64,000 bases of DNA from Lama guanicoe (lineage: Eukaryota), in NCBI GenBank assembly GCA_013239625.1, contig MU057340.1:7210931-7274930 (forward strand), in the 5' to 3' direction. Shown one piece after another: positions 60,976-64,000 of the stretch (position 1 is the first letter of the stretch; each line of letters starts with the position of its first letter). Below the pieces are notes generated by a model that did no database searches, had not been told where the DNA came from, and was given only the letters and a program-made list of their open reading frames with translations. A program made the translations under genes and the position numbers.

Positions 60976-61605
60976 TCATGTTGCTCCACGGCTGTTCAAA
61001 ACCCTCACTTCAGAATCCAACAGCCTGGACAATTCACCTGCTGATTAAAGTTGACATATTCTTCACAGTGCTCTAGACCAGAAAAGGGAATTAAAATTGC
61101 AATGGAACATAAGAGACCAGGAGGATGACTCTGAGTTAATCACCTTAGACTGAAATAAGAGAAGTTCATGAGTTCTAGGGGACTTCTATCTGGAGCCATG
61201 CTGGATCTGACATGCTGTAGTTTTAACACCCATTTAAAACTGAGTCTGACTCTACTTATTTTAGAAATCGTATTTGTTGATCATGGGACACAGGCAGTGA
61301 GCCATGGTAAAGACAATCTGATGTTCGTATCTTCATATTTGATTTGGCTCAAGTTAGATATTTCCTAATACTTGTAACTGTGCTAGGATACTAATAATAT
61401 CACTCAGAATAATCCAAAAAGCCATGCAATGGTCCCAGCCTTCTGGAGTATATAGCCTGAGAACTTAAACCTGTAAGAAGCTGCAGAGAAAAGTCCTGCT
61501 GAGTGCAGACAGTAGCATCACCAATGAATCAACCAGGGACTGAGAACTTGAGCACCCACTGGGCACTGTGATGCCCACAGACAGGCATCTTTCCAGTGAT
61601 GCTCA

Positions 61606-61800
61606 AAGGGGTGCTCAAAATTGTTAGCCGGACCCTCGTTATCAACTTGCAAATTATTTTTCTTGCTGTCGCCATTAGCAGAATATATTCAGGAATACAC
61701 ACAAAAACAGCGTCAGCTGAAGATCTACTAAAGGTGACAGCAAGAAAAATTACTTGTAGATTCATAATGAGGATCCGGTTTACAATTTTGGCTAACCCAA
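61606..61800. repeat. Long imperfect inverted repeat (palindromic MITE-like element, possibly hAT-derived)
   Basis: 61617-61682 versus the reverse complement of 61724-61789: 53/66 identical, ungapped; left end aggggtgctcaaaa resembles a CAGGGGTG-type TIR. The palindrome is certain; the MITE origin is inferred. Confidence 0.85.
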
Positions 61801-61967
61801 GTGGAGTTTTATGCCAGACACCATTTCATCAAACCACTGGTACATTTGATAAAAAGAAAATGTATGTGACTCTCTCAGAGCACAGCAGAACGGACAAGAC
61901 TTGATCATCACAGTGGGATCTCAGTCAACCTATGTTTCTGGGCTGCTTCACACACTCTAACCTCAAA

Positions 61968-62137
61968 CTCGATTCTCAGAATGTGGCCCCCAGACCAGCA
62001 GCACCGGCAGCAACTGGGAGCTTGTTAGACATGAAGATTGTCAGGCGCACTGACTCAGAGGCTCTGGGTGGAGCCGAGAAATCTGCTTAACAAACCCACG
62101 AGGTAACGCTGATGCAGCTACTGTTTGAGACCCGCTG
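61968..62137. mobile_element. MER5A (hAT-Charlie)
   Basis: 'ttctcagaatgtggcccccagaccagcagcac...ctgggagcttgttaga...ttaacaaaccc...tgatgca...gtttgagacccgctg'. Confidence 0.85.
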
Positions 62138-62819
62138 ACCTAGAAAATGAGTCTCATGGAGAAATGAAATTAAAGCCTAAGTCACGAAGTTGCTCGTTTT
62201 TCTTACTACTACCAACCTTCTTCCAGGGCTCTTTGCATGGAGTATTACCCAACATTATTAGCATAGACTGTTGTCTATAGGTGGATTAGGCAAAGAACAA
62301 AGCATACTCCACAGAACCCTAGTCTCTCCTTCCCCCGGGAAGGTCCTGAATGACATGAGTATCTGGCTAACACCCACCAAATCTAGGGAATTCTGAGCAT
62401 CTTGGCACCTTCCTCTTTATCCCTCATACGCATTATTAGAGACCATATGTTATTTAATCAAAAGATCACATTACCCTGGGTAATGTTCATGAGCACCAGC
62501 AAATATTTCATTTACAAGCTGCCACAGTTAATTATCTGGAAAAATATAAATACTCGCATTTGGCTAAATTCCTTGTACCTCCTCCCTCTGTGTCTCTTCT
62601 GCAAACAGCAGCCCCAGCCAGCTGTCCCATTGCTTTTGCAAACAAAGCTCTTAAAACGCAGACCCACTGGCTTTAAAAAAAAAAAAGTCTGTTTCGAGTT
62701 GGCAATACATCATTTTGAATTAATATGGGAAATAAGGCCAGGGCTCATGGGGGAGGCTGCAGGGTTCTGACCGAGGTGAGAAAGAAGGTAGGTTGGCATC
62801 GGGTGCAAACACCCCAATA

Positions 62820-63010
62820 AGGCTCAGAGGTTCCGTGCAGGCGGGCTCTGCAGCCAGATTGATGGGGTCAAGTCCCAGCTCTGCCCCTCAGGCCCCCCGT
62901 CCTTGTCATATGAGGAAAACAGAGTCATTGAGGATTACATGAGATAATCCAAGTAAAGCTCTTAGCCTGGCATATAATAAGTCCTCAGTACATTTCGGCT
63001 ATTTTATTAC
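62820..63010 (+). mobile_element. MIR SINE
   Basis: 'gggctctgcagccaga...caagtcccagctctgcc...gaggattacatgagataatccaagtaaagctcttagcctggcatataataag'. Confidence 0.8.
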
Positions 63011-63169
63011 AGTTTTGTGATTGCCCAAAAAAGTCATTTCTGACTTAGCCAAACTGATATCATTAGAAAGCTGAGTTGAGCTCACGCGATTCTGGGCATC
63101 TCTTGTACCTGGTACGGAATTTGTCGGCTGCTGTATCACTCTCTGCCTGTCAGAGAACATTTTGAGCCC

Positions 63170-63320
63170 TCAGTAAGTGCCAGGCTCTGTTCTAAGAGTT
63201 TGATGTGATTTGCGTTATTTAATTCTCACAATAATTGTGTTGTTAAAATGAGGCAGAGTGGCTGAGCAACTTAACCAAGTTACACAGCTAGTGAAGACTC
63301 AAACCCCGTCTGTCATCTCA
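63170..63320 (-). mobile_element. MIR SINE
   Basis: 'gtgccaggctctgttctaagag...ttatttaattctcacaa...gagcaacttaaccaagttacacagctagt'. Confidence 0.75.
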
Positions 63321-63644
63321 CAGCCCATACCTAACAGCTAGGCTATGCCTTCTCTCTGTAAATATTTAAATATTAAATATTTTTGATTAGGTGAATGAAC
63401 TCTTAATATGCAAATACGCCTGAGAAAGGTAAAATCAGTCATTAACACCTTAGCAAAAAAAAAAAAAAACCTTAGCATGAACATCTCAGCATTATGGGCA
63501 TAGAAGATTAAGAGTACAGTCCAAGAGAGCTGGGCAGTGATTTAGGCAAATTTTGTGTTTAAAGAGGAAAGTGTAACATACACAGTTTTGGGATGTATTA
63601 GAAGAAACAGACTGAGCAGAGCAAGCTACTTAAAAATCCCTGTG

Positions 63645-63760
63645 CTTCAGTTTCCCCTTTTTTAAGTTGGATTAAATGATCCCTACCTCTTGGGCTTGCC
63701 GTGAGCATCGAATGTAGAAACTCCACAGTGTTTAGCATACAGTAGCCACTCAATTAATGT
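63645..63760 (+). mobile_element. MIR SINE fragment
   Basis: 'ctgtgcttcagtttcccc...cctacctcttggg...cagtgtttagcatacagtagccactcaattaatgtt'. Confidence 0.65.
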
Positions 63761-64000
63761 TGGTCCCCGAAAAGCATCCTTTCCAAAGAAGGTGACCTTT
63801 ATGGTGCCGCAGTGGTGATTGGCATCATCCAGAAGACATGGAGTGTCTCTCTTCAATGTAGGGGTAATAGCAGCCTCGAAGAGATTGAATATTGAAACCA
63901 TTCTTGGAATCAGCCTTCTGGAGCAATTCATAGTCTGTATTAATGCACTCCAAGAGCTAAATTTATGGCAGAAGTAGATCTCGCTTTCTCAAAACCACAT

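Noticed and set aside
61529-61904. Two antiparallel ORFs with similar peptides
   Set aside because: The similarity follows from the DNA palindrome and is not evidence of coding.
1-64000. CRISPR array, operon, intact ERV or other multi-gene system
   Set aside because: The sequence is mammalian and repeat-rich; I saw no regularly spaced repeats, no long ORFs and no gag/pol/env or transposase coding remnants.

Overview
Mammalian (eutherian) genomic DNA, very probably camelid: a tRNA-derived Vic-1/ALPINE-type SINE sits at 29069-29215, the young L1 3' ends are artiodactyl-type, and I saw no Alu, Bov, PRE-1, Can or ERE SINEs. I found no recognisable protein-coding gene, RNA gene or CRISPR array. 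The window reads as intergenic or deep intronic, with a large share of interspersed repeats (L1 of several ages, L2, CR1/L3, MIR, MaLR/MLT1, ERVL and ERV1 solo LTRs, hAT-Charlie MER20/MER58/MER5A) between unique stretches, some enhancer-like. The only ORF-track peptides I recognise are L1 ORF1p/ORF2p remnants. I cannot support a new multi-gene system. The best leads are: a gapless 66-bp inverted repeat with an adjoining hairpin (61548-61800); a MER20 copy with a full-consensus CTCF core (39582-39595); a TSD-bounded chimeric young/old L1 (32846-33305); an ultra-short L1 insertion (18022-18081); an internally deleted L1MD keeping both ends (22707-24205); an orphan CpG-rich patch (about 25990-26660); and a homeobox-motif-dense unique segment (about 14200-14700). 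Repeat family names come from recalled consensus sequences, not a database search, and boundaries of old elements are approximate.
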